From contig SHZJ01000017.1 in assembly GCA_009692365.1 (NCBI GenBank), positions 6,771 through 70,770 on the forward strand: a stretch of 64,000 nucleotides of DNA. Direction: 5' to 3'. Every line of letters begins with the position of its first letter. The stretch's first letter is position 1. This document shows, in pieces, positions 1 through 10,863 of this stretch. Origin of the DNA: Gammaproteobacteria bacterium. GTDB taxonomy: Bacteria > Pseudomonadota > Gammaproteobacteria > Ga0077536. The notes under the pieces are model-generated. The model saw nothing but the letters and a program-made list of their open reading frames with translations, ran no database searches and was not told the DNA's origin. Position numbers and translations under genes: made by a program.

Positions 1-135
1 GCCTGCCACGGCAGCGTGCGCGCAGGCCGGTGCCGGCCGGGCGTCGAGGCGGCTGGCTAAAAATATTTGAGCCGGCGCACCCACTCTCGCCGTGCGCGGG
101 GCTTGCGCACGCGCGGCAGCGCGGCGTCTGGGGCT

Positions 136-1455
136 TCAACCGCCGGCGAGATCGTCGTCTAGACCCACCGCTACTGGCAGCCGCGTCACCATCACTTTGT
201 CGATGCGCGGGCCATCCATATCCACGACTTCAAATTCATAGCCGTCCAGACGCACGCGTTCGCCTTCCTCGGGTAGCCGCTCCAGCCGCCACAGCAGAAA
301 GCCCGCTAGGCTATCGAAGTTACGCTCCGCGGGCAGCGACACCAGGCCCAGTCGGTCGGAGACGACATCAATCAGCATCCCGCCGTCGATCAGCCAAGAC
401 CCTGCTTCGCGGGCGCACATCGTGGGCGTCGCCGGGTTAGCCTCGCCCAGATCGCCGATGATGGCTTTCAGAATATCCGCCACCGTCACGATCCCGGCCA
501 CCTGATCGAACTCGTCCACCACAAAAAGCATATGCGCGGTGGTGTTACGCAAACGCTCCAAGGCCTCGGTGGCCGGCAGGTCCAGCCCCACCCGCGGCGG
601 ATGGAACAAAATTGACGCGAAGTCCTCATCCTTTTCCTGCAGGCGTAAGCCCAGCAGATCGCGGGTCTGCAGCAGCCCCACGACGTGCCCCGGGTCGCCC
701 CTCACCGCAATTAACCGGGTGTGTTGGGTGGCCGCCACCGCCCGCCACACAGCAGCGCTCGGCAGCGCTAAGTCCACGACCGTCAAGGCGTCGAGCTCGG
801 TCATGATGAGTTCGACCCGGCGGTCCGCCAAGCGCATCACACCACTCAACATTTCCTTTTCAATTTGCTTGAGTACACCGGCCCGGGCGCCTTCGTTGAT
901 GGCCGCGCGGACCTCTTCTTCGGTAATGGAGGGCGAATTATTGCCCATGGATCCCGCCAGCCTCAGCACGAAGCGCGAGGCCACATTCAGCATCCGCACG
1001 GCCGGCCGCGCAAGACGTAATAACCAGCGCAAAACCGGGGCCACGATCACGGCGATCCGTTCGGGATCGCGCAGCGCCAGCTGCTTTGGCACTAGCTCGC
1101 CGATCACTATCGAGAGCAGCGTGATGGTCACCACCACCAAGGCCATGGCCGCCGCCTCACCGCGCGGGGCGATCCACGCGTAGTGGTTCAAAATTTCGCC
1201 CACCCCTGCCGCCAACGTCGCGCCCCCTACCGCCCCGGTGAGCACGCCGATAAGCGTGATCCCGATTTGCACGGTGGAAAGGAAACTGCCGGGATCTTCT
1301 ATCAGTCCAAGCGCCACGCGCGCACCACGGGAACCGCGGTCGGCCAGCAGCTTTAAACGAGGTTTGCTCGAGGACACCACAGCCAGCTCTGACATCGACA
1401 GCATGCCGTTGAGCACGATCAGCAGGACCACCACCGCGGCTTGCAGCCAAATCAT
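136..1455 (-). CDS. Hemolysin/CorC (CNNM-CBS-CorC_HlyC) family membrane protein
   Basis: N-terminal LNGMLSMSELAVVSS and FLSTVQIGIT, GELVPKQLAL, CBS-pair region VVDEFDQVAGIVT, C-terminal FDSLAGF...FEVVDMDGPRIDKV. Confidence 0.9.
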   Translation of the reverse strand: MIWLQAAVVVLLIVLNGMLSMSELAVVSSSKPRLKLLADRGSRGARVALGLIEDPGSFLSTVQIGITLIGVLTGAVGGATLAAGVGEILNHYAWIAPRGEAAAMALVVVTITLLSIVIGELVPKQLALRDPERIAVIVAPVLRWLLRLARPAVRMLNVASRFVLRLAGSMGNNSPSITEEEVRAAINEGARAGVLKQIEKEMLSGVMRLADRRVELIMTELDALTVVDLALPSAAVWRAVAATQHTRLIAVRGDPGHVVGLLQTRDLLGLRLQEKDEDFASILFHPPRVGLDLPATEALERLRNTTAHMLFVVDEFDQVAGIVTVADILKAIIGDLGEANPATPTMCAREAGSWLIDGGMLIDVVSDRLGLVSLPAERNFDSLAGFLLWRLERLPEEGERVRLDGYEFEVVDMDGPRIDKVMVTRLPVAVGLDDDLAGG

Positions 1456-1491
1456 CCGCCGTCCTCACTCGATCTCAGCGCCATCGCGGCT

Positions 1492-2460
1492 TCAAGCCAT
1501 GGCCAGATGCGCGCGATGCACCGCTGCCGCCAGTTGGTAGCACAGCGCCAAGGTCGGCAGCTCCAACTGACAACTGCGCGCCAGCGCCAAGGCGTAGCCG
1601 GCCGTTTCTTCTACTTCCAGTGGTCGTCCGCGCTCCACATCTTGCAGGGTGGACATCCGGTGCGCCGGCGCGCTCGCCGCAAAACTAGCACCCAACTGCT
1701 GGACCACTGCCACTGCGGCGTCTTCGCTGCCGGCCATCAGCTGCAGCGCTGGTACCGGGGACTGGTCGCGCAGACCGATACCCTGGGCCGCCGCTAAGGC
1801 CCCCATCTCGCGGGTGATGCGCGCCACCACGCGCGCGCTGTCGGGGTCGCTGAGAAACACTACCGTGCGCTGGCGGGTTAGCACCGCCATTAGCATCAGT
1901 GCTACCCAACCCACGTACTTCGACCAGACGACCTCGGTGATGGCGGGAGCGACTTGGCAGACGATGCCGGCCGCGTCCACCGCGCTCACTAGGGCCGCCA
2001 CGCGGGGGGCTTGCGCCGGCGTCATGGCACCCAGATGCAGGCAGACATTGCGGGTGAACGTTACCGTACCCTCAGCGCCTAACTCGCCGCTGAAATCCGC
2101 CATGGCACCCACCACGCACGCCGCCCCAAAGACCTGCGCCAAGGCCGCCTCTTTCATCACGCCGTTCTGCACCGAAAACGCCACCTTGGGCGCTAGCTGC
2201 GCAAAGGGCGCGAGTGCTGCCGCGGTGTCGTAGGTCTTGACGGTATTGATGAAGACATCGCAGGCAGTGACGAGGCTGGGGTTGGTTTGCGGCGCGCACG
2301 GCACCGCCAGTTGGCACAGGCCGTCGAGACGCAGCCCCTGCGCGGCCAGCGCCTGGGCTCGTGCGCCACGGGCCACCAGCGTCACCGAATGCTGGGCCTG
2401 CAGGAGATGCGCGGCGAGAATGCTGCCCAGCGCCCCCCCACCCAGAATGACGAAATGCAT
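1492..2460 (-). CDS. Ketopantoate reductase (PanE/ApbA) family protein
   Basis: Rossmann motif ILGGGALG, VKTYD, SVQNG, WSK, STLQDVERGRPLE; start adjusted to MHFVILG. Confidence 0.85.
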   Translation of the reverse strand: MHFVILGGGALGSILAAHLLQAQHSVTLVARGARAQALAAQGLRLDGLCQLAVPCAPQTNPSLVTACDVFINTVKTYDTAAALAPFAQLAPKVAFSVQNGVMKEAALAQVFGAACVVGAMADFSGELGAEGTVTFTRNVCLHLGAMTPAQAPRVAALVSAVDAAGIVCQVAPAITEVVWSKYVGWVALMLMAVLTRQRTVVFLSDPDSARVVARITREMGALAAAQGIGLRDQSPVPALQLMAGSEDAAVAVVQQLGASFAASAPAHRMSTLQDVERGRPLEVEETAGYALALARSCQLELPTLALCYQLAAAVHRAHLAMA

Positions 2461-2558
2461 GCCTAGACCTTTGAAGATTTCTGCGCCAGTCGGACTCACT
2501 ATACGCGAGGCCGTCCGCATGTTGATAAACTCACCCGCACGCCCGTAGGATCCTGTCC

Positions 2559-4658
2559 ATGAATCTTCCGGCCGATCTTCATCACAGCGCCTGCCCGCAC
2601 GACTGCCCGTCGACCTGCGCGCTCCTCATCGAGCGCTTGGACAGCCAGCATATCGGCCGGGTGCGGGGCGCCCCAGATAACAGCTACACCGCCGGCGTCA
2701 TTTGCAGCAAGGTGGCGCGTTATGCCGAACGGGTGCACCACCCCGACCGTTTGTTGTATCCGCTCAAGCGCACCGGCCCACGCGGCAGCGGGCAGTTTGC
2801 CCGCCTCGGTTGGGATGAAGCCTTGGACGAAGTGGCCGCCCGCTTACTGGCGGCCGAGCAACGCTACGGCTCCGAAACCGTGTGGCCGTACTTCTACGCC
2901 GGCACGATGGGGCTGGTGATGCGCGATGGCATCAATCGTTTACGCCACGCCAAGCGCTACTCGGGCCAGCACTCCACTATTTGCACCACGCTGGCGATGG
3001 CCGGCTACCTAGCGGGTACCGGCCGCTTGGCGGGCAGCGACCCGCGCGAAATGGCGGACAGCGATGTCGTGGTGATTTGGGGTACCAACGCCGCCGCCAC
3101 CCAGATAAATGTCATGACCCACGCCTTGCGCGCCCGCCGCGAGCGCGGCGCCAAAATCGTGGTCATCGACACCTACCGTAACGCGACCGCCAAACAGGCC
3201 GATGTGTTTTTGTGCGTGAAGCCTGGGACCGACGCCGCGTTGGCCTGCGGTGTGATGCACCTGTTGTTCGCGGCAGGACTGGCCAACCGCGACTACCTCG
3301 CTCGCCACACCCGTGGGGCGGCGGCGCTAGAAGCGCATCTGGTCAGCCGCACGCCGGCTTGGGCCAGCGCCATCTGCGGGGTGAGCGTGGCCGATATCGG
3401 CCACTTTGCCCAGTTGATCGGTACCCATCCAAGGAGCTTTTTCCGGCTGGGTTATGGCTTTGCCCGCCAGCGCAACGGCGCGGTCAGCATGCACGCGGCG
3501 GCTTGCATCCCGGCGGTAACCGGCGCCTGGGAACATCGTGGCGGTGGTGCCTTCCACAATAACGGCGCGATCTTTCACTGGGACCGCACTTTGATCGACG
3601 GTCTCGACGTCCGCGACCCCACGGTGCGTTTGTTGGACCAGTCACGGATCGGCCCGGTGCTCACCGGCGACCCGCGCGATCTGGGTGACGGCCCGCCCGT
3701 GACGGCCCTGCTGATCCAAAACACCAACCCCATGGCGGTCGCACCAGATCTCAACTTGGTCCACCGCGGTTTTGCGCGCGCCGATCTCTTTACCTGCGTG
3801 CATGAGCAATTTATGACCGAGACCGCGGCCATGGCCGACATCGTTTTGCCGGCCACCATGTTCGTCGAGCACGACGACCTCTATCAAGCGGGCGGGCAGC
3901 AGCACATCCAGTTTGGCGCGAAAATCATCGAGCCGCCGGGTGAATGCCGCAGCAATCACGAGCTTATTTGTGCCCTAGCGCAACGGCTCGGCGCCGAACA
4001 TCGCGGCTTTGCGTTAAACCCCCGCGAAATCATCGATTGGACCCTGCGCCATTCTGGCTGGGGAGAACTCGCCGCGCTGGAGGCCGCGCGCTGGATCGAT
4101 GCCCAACCGGCCTTCGAAACCGCGCACTTTTTGGAGGGTTTTGGGCACGCGGATAAAAAATTCCATTTCGACCCAGACTGGACGTCCCTCGGGCCCAACA
4201 ACTTCGGGTCGGGCGTGACGCCGCCGCCGCTCCCCGACTACTGGCCGGTGATCGAAACAGCCACCGCGGACCATCCCTTCCGCCTAGTCACCGCGCCGGC
4301 GCCGCATTTTCTGAATTCCAGCTTTACCGAATCCCCCACCTCGCGGCACCGCTCGGGGCGCCCGACGGTCATGGTGCATCCCCTCGACGCAGCCCGGCTC
4401 GACATCCGCGCCGGCACGCTGGTGCAGTTGAGCAACCCCCGGGGCACGGTGCTCCTGCACGCGGTGTTGTTCGATGGCCTGCAGCAGGGCGTCTTGATAG
4501 TTGAGAGTATTTGGCCGAACGCAGCGTTTGCCGGCGGCATCGGGATCAACGCACTCACGGGTGCCGACCCCGGGGCCCCCATCGGGGGGGCCGCGTTTCA
4601 CGATAGTCGAGTGGCGCTGAGTGTCGCCGCAGCGTCTTCACAGCCCTTGTCATCCTGA
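2559..4658 (+). CDS. Molybdopterin oxidoreductase family protein (DMSO reductase superfamily, uncharacterised type)
   Basis: Fe-S motif ACPHDCPSTC...ICSK, VKPGTDAALACG, ADIVLPAT, C-terminal FLNSSF dinucleotide-binding domain. Confidence 0.9.
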   Translation: MNLPADLHHSACPHDCPSTCALLIERLDSQHIGRVRGAPDNSYTAGVICSKVARYAERVHHPDRLLYPLKRTGPRGSGQFARLGWDEALDEVAARLLAAEQRYGSETVWPYFYAGTMGLVMRDGINRLRHAKRYSGQHSTICTTLAMAGYLAGTGRLAGSDPREMADSDVVVIWGTNAAATQINVMTHALRARRERGAKIVVIDTYRNATAKQADVFLCVKPGTDAALACGVMHLLFAAGLANRDYLARHTRGAAALEAHLVSRTPAWASAICGVSVADIGHFAQLIGTHPRSFFRLGYGFARQRNGAVSMHAAACIPAVTGAWEHRGGGAFHNNGAIFHWDRTLIDGLDVRDPTVRLLDQSRIGPVLTGDPRDLGDGPPVTALLIQNTNPMAVAPDLNLVHRGFARADLFTCVHEQFMTETAAMADIVLPATMFVEHDDLYQAGGQQHIQFGAKIIEPPGECRSNHELICALAQRLGAEHRGFALNPREIIDWTLRHSGWGELAALEAARWIDAQPAFETAHFLEGFGHADKKFHFDPDWTSLGPNNFGSGVTPPPLPDYWPVIETATADHPFRLVTAPAPHFLNSSFTESPTSRHRSGRPTVMVHPLDAARLDIRAGTLVQLSNPRGTVLLHAVLFDGLQQGVLIVESIWPNAAFAGGIGINALTGADPGAPIGGAAFHDSRVALSVAAASSQPLSS

Positions 4659-4700
4659 GGCCAGAAGGCCCAGACTCGGGGTCACTTGCGGGATTTTTCG

Positions 4701-5843
4701 ATGCAAAAAGCTGAACAACTCCTCCTTGCAGATCGGCTGCTGGATTACATCGAGCGGCAGACTTTGCAGCTGAGCGACGAGGTCTACCGCCAACCGGTCG
4801 CCGAGTACACCGACCGCGCGCAGGCCGCGCGCGAGCACACGGTGTTGTTTCGCAGCCAACCGCTGTGCGTGGGCCTGAGTGGGGACCTGCCCGCGCCCGG
4901 GCATTACGCCACCCACGACGCCGCCGGTCTCCCACTGTTGCTGACGCGGCAGGAGGATGGCGAATTTCGGGCCTATCTGAACGTTTGCCGTCATCGGGGG
5001 GCGCGGGTCGCCGAAGGGGCGGGCGCGGGGCGCGGCTTCGTTTGCCCCTACCACGCTTGGCGTTACGGACTGGACGGTCGCCTCATCGGGCGCCCGGAAG
5101 ACGCGGCGTTCGCCGAGTGTGACCGCGCTGATCACGCCCTGACACCGCTCGCCGCCGCCGAGCGCGCAGGGCTGCTGTGGGTCCAGCCCACCCCCGGCCA
5201 GCCGCTGATGTTCAGCACCCACTTAGCCGCCTTGGAAGATGAACTCGCGGGCTACCAGCTCGCGCACTTCCAACCCTTTGGCACCCGAACCCTGCGCCGT
5301 GCGCTCAACTGGAAACTCGCGCTGGACACCTTCCTGGAGTCCTACCACTTCTGCGTGCTGCACAAAGACTCCATCTGCGCGACTTTTCATCACAATCTGG
5401 CGACGTTCGACAGCTACGGCTCACATTTCCGCTTGGTCACGCCCCGCCGTACCATCGCCGAACTGCGTCAGCTACCTCGGGAGGACTGGCAGGTACTGCC
5501 ACATGTGGTGGTGATTTATGTCCTGTTTCCGAACACGGTACTGGTGTGGCAAGGCGCGCAGGTGGAGCTGTGGCAAATTTTTCCCGACGCCGCAGACCCG
5601 ACGCGCTCGTTGCTCCAACTGACCCTCTACACGCCCACGTCGACCATCACCGAGAAAGCGCGAGCACATTGGCAGCGCAATCTCGACCTCGTGCTGCACG
5701 TCGTGGAGAACGAGGACTTCCCCGTGGGCGAAGGCATTCAACGTGGCTTTGCCGCGGGTGCACAGTCGCACATCGTGTTCGGACTAAACGAAGCAGCGCT
5801 GGCGCATTTTCACCAGTCCGTGAGCGCGGCCACCGGCTCATGA
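4701..5843 (+). CDS. Rieske non-heme iron oxygenase alpha subunit
   Basis: Rieske motifs NVCRHRG and CPYHAW; mononuclear Fe motif ESYHFCVLH and distal ED; start adjusted to MQKAEQ. Confidence 0.9.
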   Translation: MQKAEQLLLADRLLDYIERQTLQLSDEVYRQPVAEYTDRAQAAREHTVLFRSQPLCVGLSGDLPAPGHYATHDAAGLPLLLTRQEDGEFRAYLNVCRHRGARVAEGAGAGRGFVCPYHAWRYGLDGRLIGRPEDAAFAECDRADHALTPLAAAERAGLLWVQPTPGQPLMFSTHLAALEDELAGYQLAHFQPFGTRTLRRALNWKLALDTFLESYHFCVLHKDSICATFHHNLATFDSYGSHFRLVTPRRTIAELRQLPREDWQVLPHVVVIYVLFPNTVLVWQGAQVELWQIFPDAADPTRSLLQLTLYTPTSTITEKARAHWQRNLDLVLHVVENEDFPVGEGIQRGFAAGAQSHIVFGLNEAALAHFHQSVSAATGS

Positions 5844-5927
5844 CCGCACCGTTGCCCCAGACTCAAGCCCCAGGGGTCGCGAGTTCCGCCGCGCGGCCGT
5901 TAATCTTAATTTATCGAAGCCCCGTTA

Positions 5928-8054
5928 ATGCACCGCTCTGACCTACCCTTGGTACTGGTTGTCGACGACGACCCCACGGTGCGCTTCCTAGCCCATGAGG
6001 CGCTCGCGCATCGCGGTTTTAAAGTTGTGGAAGGTGAAAACGGGGCCGACGCCCTGCGCTTGGTGCAGGAACTGAGTCCCGATGTCATTTTGCTGGATGT
6101 CATGATGCCGAAAATGGACGGCTTTACGGCCTGCTCCCGCTTGCGGGTGTTACCCGAAGGGCAGCACATCCCGGTGCTCATGATGACCGGGTTGGAGGAC
6201 GTGGCGTCCATCCAGCATGCCTACCAAGTCGGTGCCACAGACTTCATTACGAAGCCCATCAACTTTGGCCTGCTTGAATTTCGCTTGCAGTACATGCTGC
6301 GCGCCAAAATGGTGGCGGCGGATCTGCGCCACAGCGAGGCCCAGCTCCACAACGCGCAGCGGCTGGCCCGAATGGGCCACTTCGTGGTGGACCCCGCAGG
6401 TGGCTTTAGCGTTTGGAACGAGCAAATACAGACGCTGTTGGGACTCTCCCTCGACCGCTGGATTAGCCGAGTCGACGACCTCTTGGCGCATGTCCACCCG
6501 GAGGATCGGGCTCTGGTGAGCGCGGCACTGCGGGTCGAAAACGCCGTGAACGACGCGGCCCCGGTGGAATACCGAATCGTGCTGGCGAACGCCGAAGTGC
6601 GGATCATCCTGCAGCACAGCGGGATCGAGTCCACCGCCACCGGCAAGCAACTGGTAGGGACGATGCAGGACATCAGCCAGCAACGCCTCGCGGAGCGCAC
6701 CATCCATCAATTGGCTCACTATGACCGAATCACCGGCTTGCCCAATCGCAACCTCATCGAGCAACGCTTATTCGAGATCCTCCAACGCGCAACGCTAGAG
6801 GGCAGCAACATCAGCGTACTGTCCATCGATTTAGACCATTTCCAGCGCGTAAACGACCACCTTGGACAAGAGGCTGGCAATGAATTGCTGCGCGCCGTGG
6901 CGCAACGGCTGGTCCGCTGCGTGCGCTTAGCCACGACAGGCTATCCCGTTGCGCCCATAGAACTGGTCTCGAGCCGGGGCGGCGATGAGTTCTACGTACT
7001 GCTGCCTTGCGCCCTAGATCCGGCGGCAGTGAGTGATTTTTGCGAGGGCATCCATGCGGCGCTGAAACCTGCTTTCTATCTACAGGCAGACGAGTGGCTA
7101 ACGACCGCGAGCATTGGGGTGGCGTCATTCCCGGACGATGGACGCGCCGCCGAAGAACTCCTACGTAACGCGGACGTCGCCCTCAAGCAGGTGAAGCAGC
7201 TAGGCCGGGACGGCACGCAACGTTTCACGCCCTCGATGAACACCCGCGCCCAAGCCTTGTTGCTCATGGAAAACAACCTGCGGCATGCCCTGGGCAGCAG
7301 TCAACTCACCCTCCACTACCAGCCGAAGATCGATGCCGTGAGCGGCGTCGTGACGGGCGTGGAGGCGCTCGCGCGCTGGCAACACCCCACGCAGGGTCAT
7401 ATTCCCCCGGGGGATTTCATCCCGGTGGCCGAAAGCTCGGGCCTCATTCTTCCGCTTGGCCTGTGGATCCTCGGCGAAGCCACCCGCCAAACGGCCCTCT
7501 GGTCCCGTAATGGGCTCCGCAACCTCACCTGCGCGGTGAATGTTTCGACCGTGCAGTTAAGGCAACCAGATTTTTGCGCCAGCGTTGCACTCGCCCTAGC
7601 CACGAGTGGCTTGCCGGCCAAACAACTGCAGCTAGAGCTCACGGAAAGCTTGCTGATGGAAAATGTGATACAGGCGCGCGAAATTGTCGACCAATTGAAA
7701 GCCCTCGGCGTGACGCTCGCGATCGACGACTTCGGCACCGGCTACTCCTCGCTCAGTTATCTCAAACAGCTCCCAATCGATGTGCTCAAAATTGATCGCT
7801 CGTTCGTGAGCGAACTGGGTGAGAGCGGGAACGACGGCGCGATTGTGGCCGCGGTGATCGCCATGGGCCATAGCTTGGGGCTTAAAATCGTGGCAGAAGG
7901 GGTGGAGACCGACGTCCAGTTGGCCGCGCTCTGCCAACTGGGCTGTGATGAAATTCAAGGCTATTTCTGCAGTCGTCCGCTGCCCGCGGACGATTTTTCC
8001 CGCTGGGCACGGGCGCGCCAAGTCGCTGCAATAACGGCCCAAGCTGGAGGTTAA
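5928..8054 (+). CDS. Response regulator with REC-PAS-GGDEF-EAL domains (c-di-GMP metabolism)
   Basis: VVDDD / LLDVMMP / FITKP receiver; VHPEDR PAS; SRGGDEF; VEALARW and IDDFGTGYSSL. Confidence 0.92.
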   Translation: MHRSDLPLVLVVDDDPTVRFLAHEALAHRGFKVVEGENGADALRLVQELSPDVILLDVMMPKMDGFTACSRLRVLPEGQHIPVLMMTGLEDVASIQHAYQVGATDFITKPINFGLLEFRLQYMLRAKMVAADLRHSEAQLHNAQRLARMGHFVVDPAGGFSVWNEQIQTLLGLSLDRWISRVDDLLAHVHPEDRALVSAALRVENAVNDAAPVEYRIVLANAEVRIILQHSGIESTATGKQLVGTMQDISQQRLAERTIHQLAHYDRITGLPNRNLIEQRLFEILQRATLEGSNISVLSIDLDHFQRVNDHLGQEAGNELLRAVAQRLVRCVRLATTGYPVAPIELVSSRGGDEFYVLLPCALDPAAVSDFCEGIHAALKPAFYLQADEWLTTASIGVASFPDDGRAAEELLRNADVALKQVKQLGRDGTQRFTPSMNTRAQALLLMENNLRHALGSSQLTLHYQPKIDAVSGVVTGVEALARWQHPTQGHIPPGDFIPVAESSGLILPLGLWILGEATRQTALWSRNGLRNLTCAVNVSTVQLRQPDFCASVALALATSGLPAKQLQLELTESLLMENVIQAREIVDQLKALGVTLAIDDFGTGYSSLSYLKQLPIDVLKIDRSFVSELGESGNDGAIVAAVIAMGHSLGLKIVAEGVETDVQLAALCQLGCDEIQGYFCSRPLPADDFSRWARARQVAAITAQAGG

Positions 8055-8085
8055 GCCAGTTCCCAGCCATCTCCTCAATCTTTGG

Positions 8086-10863
8086 TTGCAGCCCGATCAG
8101 CCGGCCGGCGTCGAGTACTGGCATCAGAATCTCGTCCAAGATTGGCGCACGGCGGTTGCCCTGCAGGCCTCCAACGACAGCCGCCCCTCCATGTTGGGGC
8201 AGGGCGCGGCCGTGCTGCTGCTGGTCAGCGCGCTGTGGCGGACGGCACCCACGCTATTGCTGTTGGCCTGGGCATCGCTCGTGCTGGTGCAGTCGGCGTG
8301 GTTATGGCGGCATAGAAAGAAATGGGTCGCGACGGCGGCGACTGAGGAAGTTTTCCGCATCAATTACGGCCTCTATACGCTGCTGTTTCTTGCCAACGGC
8401 CTGCTCTGGGCCCTCGCGGCAGGCTTTGTGGTGTTTACCGACCAGATTCAATTACAAGAACTCTTGCTGATCGTCAGCGTGATCGTCACGGCCGGCGTTG
8501 CCACCACGCCGTCGGTGACAACGCGGATCAAATCAGTGTTTTTGGTGCTCGCGCTGGCCCCGATGTCGCTGTTTTTTTTACTGCAATTCACAACTTTAGG
8601 CAGCTTGCTGGCCGCGGCGATGCTCAGCCATCTGGCCTATTGCGCAAATTCCGGGCGCTTGGCTAACCAAGAGAACGACGAATCGCTGGCACAGCGTTTC
8701 GCTAACGCCCAGCTGGTGGCAGAAATATCTGCCTCTAAACAAAAGACCGAGCAGCTCAACATCCGGCTCAATGAGCAGGTGGCGGTCCAGCATACCGTCG
8801 AAGTCAACCTGCTGGCGGCGAAAGAACAAGCCGAGCTCGCCGCGCGCTCCAAGGCCGAATTCCTCGCCAATATGAGCCACGAGATTCGCACCCCAATGAA
8901 CGGGGTCTTGGGGATGACCGCACTGTTACTGGGCACCGAAATGAACCGCAAGCAGCGCCATTTCGCCCGCACCATCCACCGCTCGGGCGAAGCCCTGCTG
9001 AGCACCATCAACGACATCTTGGATTTTTCAAAAATCGAAGCGGGCAAACTCCAACTGCAGTCCATCGTGTTCGATTTACGCCACCTGATAGAAGATGTGG
9101 GCGTCATGTTTGCCGAGCGCGCCCAGCGTGCGCATCTGGAATTGCAATGTGTCTTTCCACCGGACGGGCACAGCGTTTATCTCGGCGATCCTGACCGTCT
9201 GCGCCAGATATTGATCAACCTTGTGGGTAACGCACTGAAGTTCACCACCCGCGGTGAAGTCGTCGTGCGCGTCCAATTTCAAGCGCCAGTGGCCGGGATC
9301 AGCGTCGTCCATTTCGAGGTCCGCGATACCGGGATTGGGATTAAGCTCGAGCAGCAAGAACGCATCTTCAACTCCTTCGCACAAGCTGATAACTCCACGA
9401 CCCGCGAGTTCGGTGGCACCGGGCTAGGCTTGGCTATCTGTAAGAAACTCATCGCTTTGATGGGTGGCACGATCGGTGTGCGCAGCGAGCTAGGGCGCGG
9501 CAGCACCTTCTGGTTTACCTATGCGCTGCAGCTGGCGGAACCGGACAAACTCGACCGTCGGCGTCCTGCTCGTCTGCTGCTGCCGGAGCGGCGGATCTTG
9601 GTGGCCGATGAGCAACCCGTCAGCCGCAACTCGATGGTCGCACAACTGGAAGTCTGGAAAGCAAAGGTGGTGGGGGTTACCTCGGGGGCGGCGGCGCTGG
9701 CGCACCTGGAACTCGCGGCCAAGGCGGGCGAGCCGGTGGAGTTGCTAATTTTCGATCGAAAAATAGCGCAAAACGCCTTGGAATTCGCGAGCTCCCTGCG
9801 GCGTAACCCGCGCATTCCGCGCCTGAGCACCATCGTGCTGGGGACGTTCGACGACCTCGCCGAAACCGGCCAATGGTTTGACGCCGGGATTTCCAGCTAC
9901 CTGTCAAAACCGGTGCGTCAATCCGAACTCTACGACGCCATCGCCGATGCACTGGATCTCACTCGTCCGCTCACCGAGACCATCCAAGAACTCGCGCTAC
10001 AGGGTAAGCACGCAGCACTCCCGCGTTTCAGTGCCAGGGTGTTGGCGGCCGAAGATAATCCGGTCAATCAGGAGTTGGTGCGCCTGTTGTTAGAGAATCT
10101 AGGCTGCCGCGTGACCTTGGTCGGCAATGGTCAGGAGGCCGTATCGGCGGTGACCGATTTGCCGTTGGATGCCTTGCTCGACCCTTATGACCTCGTGCTG
10201 ATGGACTGCCAAATGCCACTAATGGACGGCTTTACGGCGACGGGGGCGATACGCGAGTATGAAGTGCGAGAAAACCTCTTCAAGCGGCTGCCGATTATTG
10301 CGCTCACCGCCAATGCGCTAGAGGGCGACCGCGAGCGCTGTTTGGCGGCGCAAATGGACGACTATCTTGCGAAACCTTTCACCCAGCGACAGTTAGCCGT
10401 CACCTTAGAGCGCTGGCTGCCTCTGGCCCCGCACGTCGATGCCACGGGCGCTTTTGATCGGGAGCCGTTCTCGCCCGCCAGCCAGCGCGCGCGAAGCCCA
10501 AAGTCCCCCCTCAATGAGGTGGCGCTGGAAAGAATTTCGGCCCTACAGCGGCCCGGCGCGCCCTCCGTACTGAACCGGGTAATCGAGCTTTACCTAGAGA
10601 CGGCGCCGCCCTTGCTAACCCAAATTCGCAACGCGATAGAGTCTTGGAACGCAGGCCAACTGGAGGCGAGCGCGCATAGCTTGCGTTCCAGCAGCGCCAA
10701 TCTGGGTGCAAATACGCTGGTGGAAATTTGTCGTGAGCTAGAAATCTTGGGCCGCGACCGTAAGGTCGAAAATGCGGAGTCAAAAATGCCAGCCCTGAAT
10801 GACGCCTTTGCGCTCGTGCAGGCCGCACTCAAAAAGCGCCGCAACGAGGGTGACTTGGCGTAA
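8086..10863 (+). CDS. Membrane-bound hybrid sensor histidine kinase (HisKA-HATPase-REC-REC-Hpt)
   Basis: Several N-terminal hydrophobic helices; MSHEIRTPMNG H-box; NALKFT, DTGIG, GGTGLGL; two receivers (LIFD, VLMDCQMP); AHSLRSSS Hpt; TTG start uncertain. Confidence 0.92.
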   Translation: MQPDQPAGVEYWHQNLVQDWRTAVALQASNDSRPSMLGQGAAVLLLVSALWRTAPTLLLLAWASLVLVQSAWLWRHRKKWVATAATEEVFRINYGLYTLLFLANGLLWALAAGFVVFTDQIQLQELLLIVSVIVTAGVATTPSVTTRIKSVFLVLALAPMSLFFLLQFTTLGSLLAAAMLSHLAYCANSGRLANQENDESLAQRFANAQLVAEISASKQKTEQLNIRLNEQVAVQHTVEVNLLAAKEQAELAARSKAEFLANMSHEIRTPMNGVLGMTALLLGTEMNRKQRHFARTIHRSGEALLSTINDILDFSKIEAGKLQLQSIVFDLRHLIEDVGVMFAERAQRAHLELQCVFPPDGHSVYLGDPDRLRQILINLVGNALKFTTRGEVVVRVQFQAPVAGISVVHFEVRDTGIGIKLEQQERIFNSFAQADNSTTREFGGTGLGLAICKKLIALMGGTIGVRSELGRGSTFWFTYALQLAEPDKLDRRRPARLLLPERRILVADEQPVSRNSMVAQLEVWKAKVVGVTSGAAALAHLELAAKAGEPVELLIFDRKIAQNALEFASSLRRNPRIPRLSTIVLGTFDDLAETGQWFDAGISSYLSKPVRQSELYDAIADALDLTRPLTETIQELALQGKHAALPRFSARVLAAEDNPVNQELVRLLLENLGCRVTLVGNGQEAVSAVTDLPLDALLDPYDLVLMDCQMPLMDGFTATGAIREYEVRENLFKRLPIIALTANALEGDRERCLAAQMDDYLAKPFTQRQLAVTLERWLPLAPHVDATGAFDREPFSPASQRARSPKSPLNEVALERISALQRPGAPSVLNRVIELYLETAPPLLTQIRNAIESWNAGQLEASAHSLRSSSANLGANTLVEICRELEILGRDRKVENAESKMPALNDAFALVQAALKKRRNEGDLA

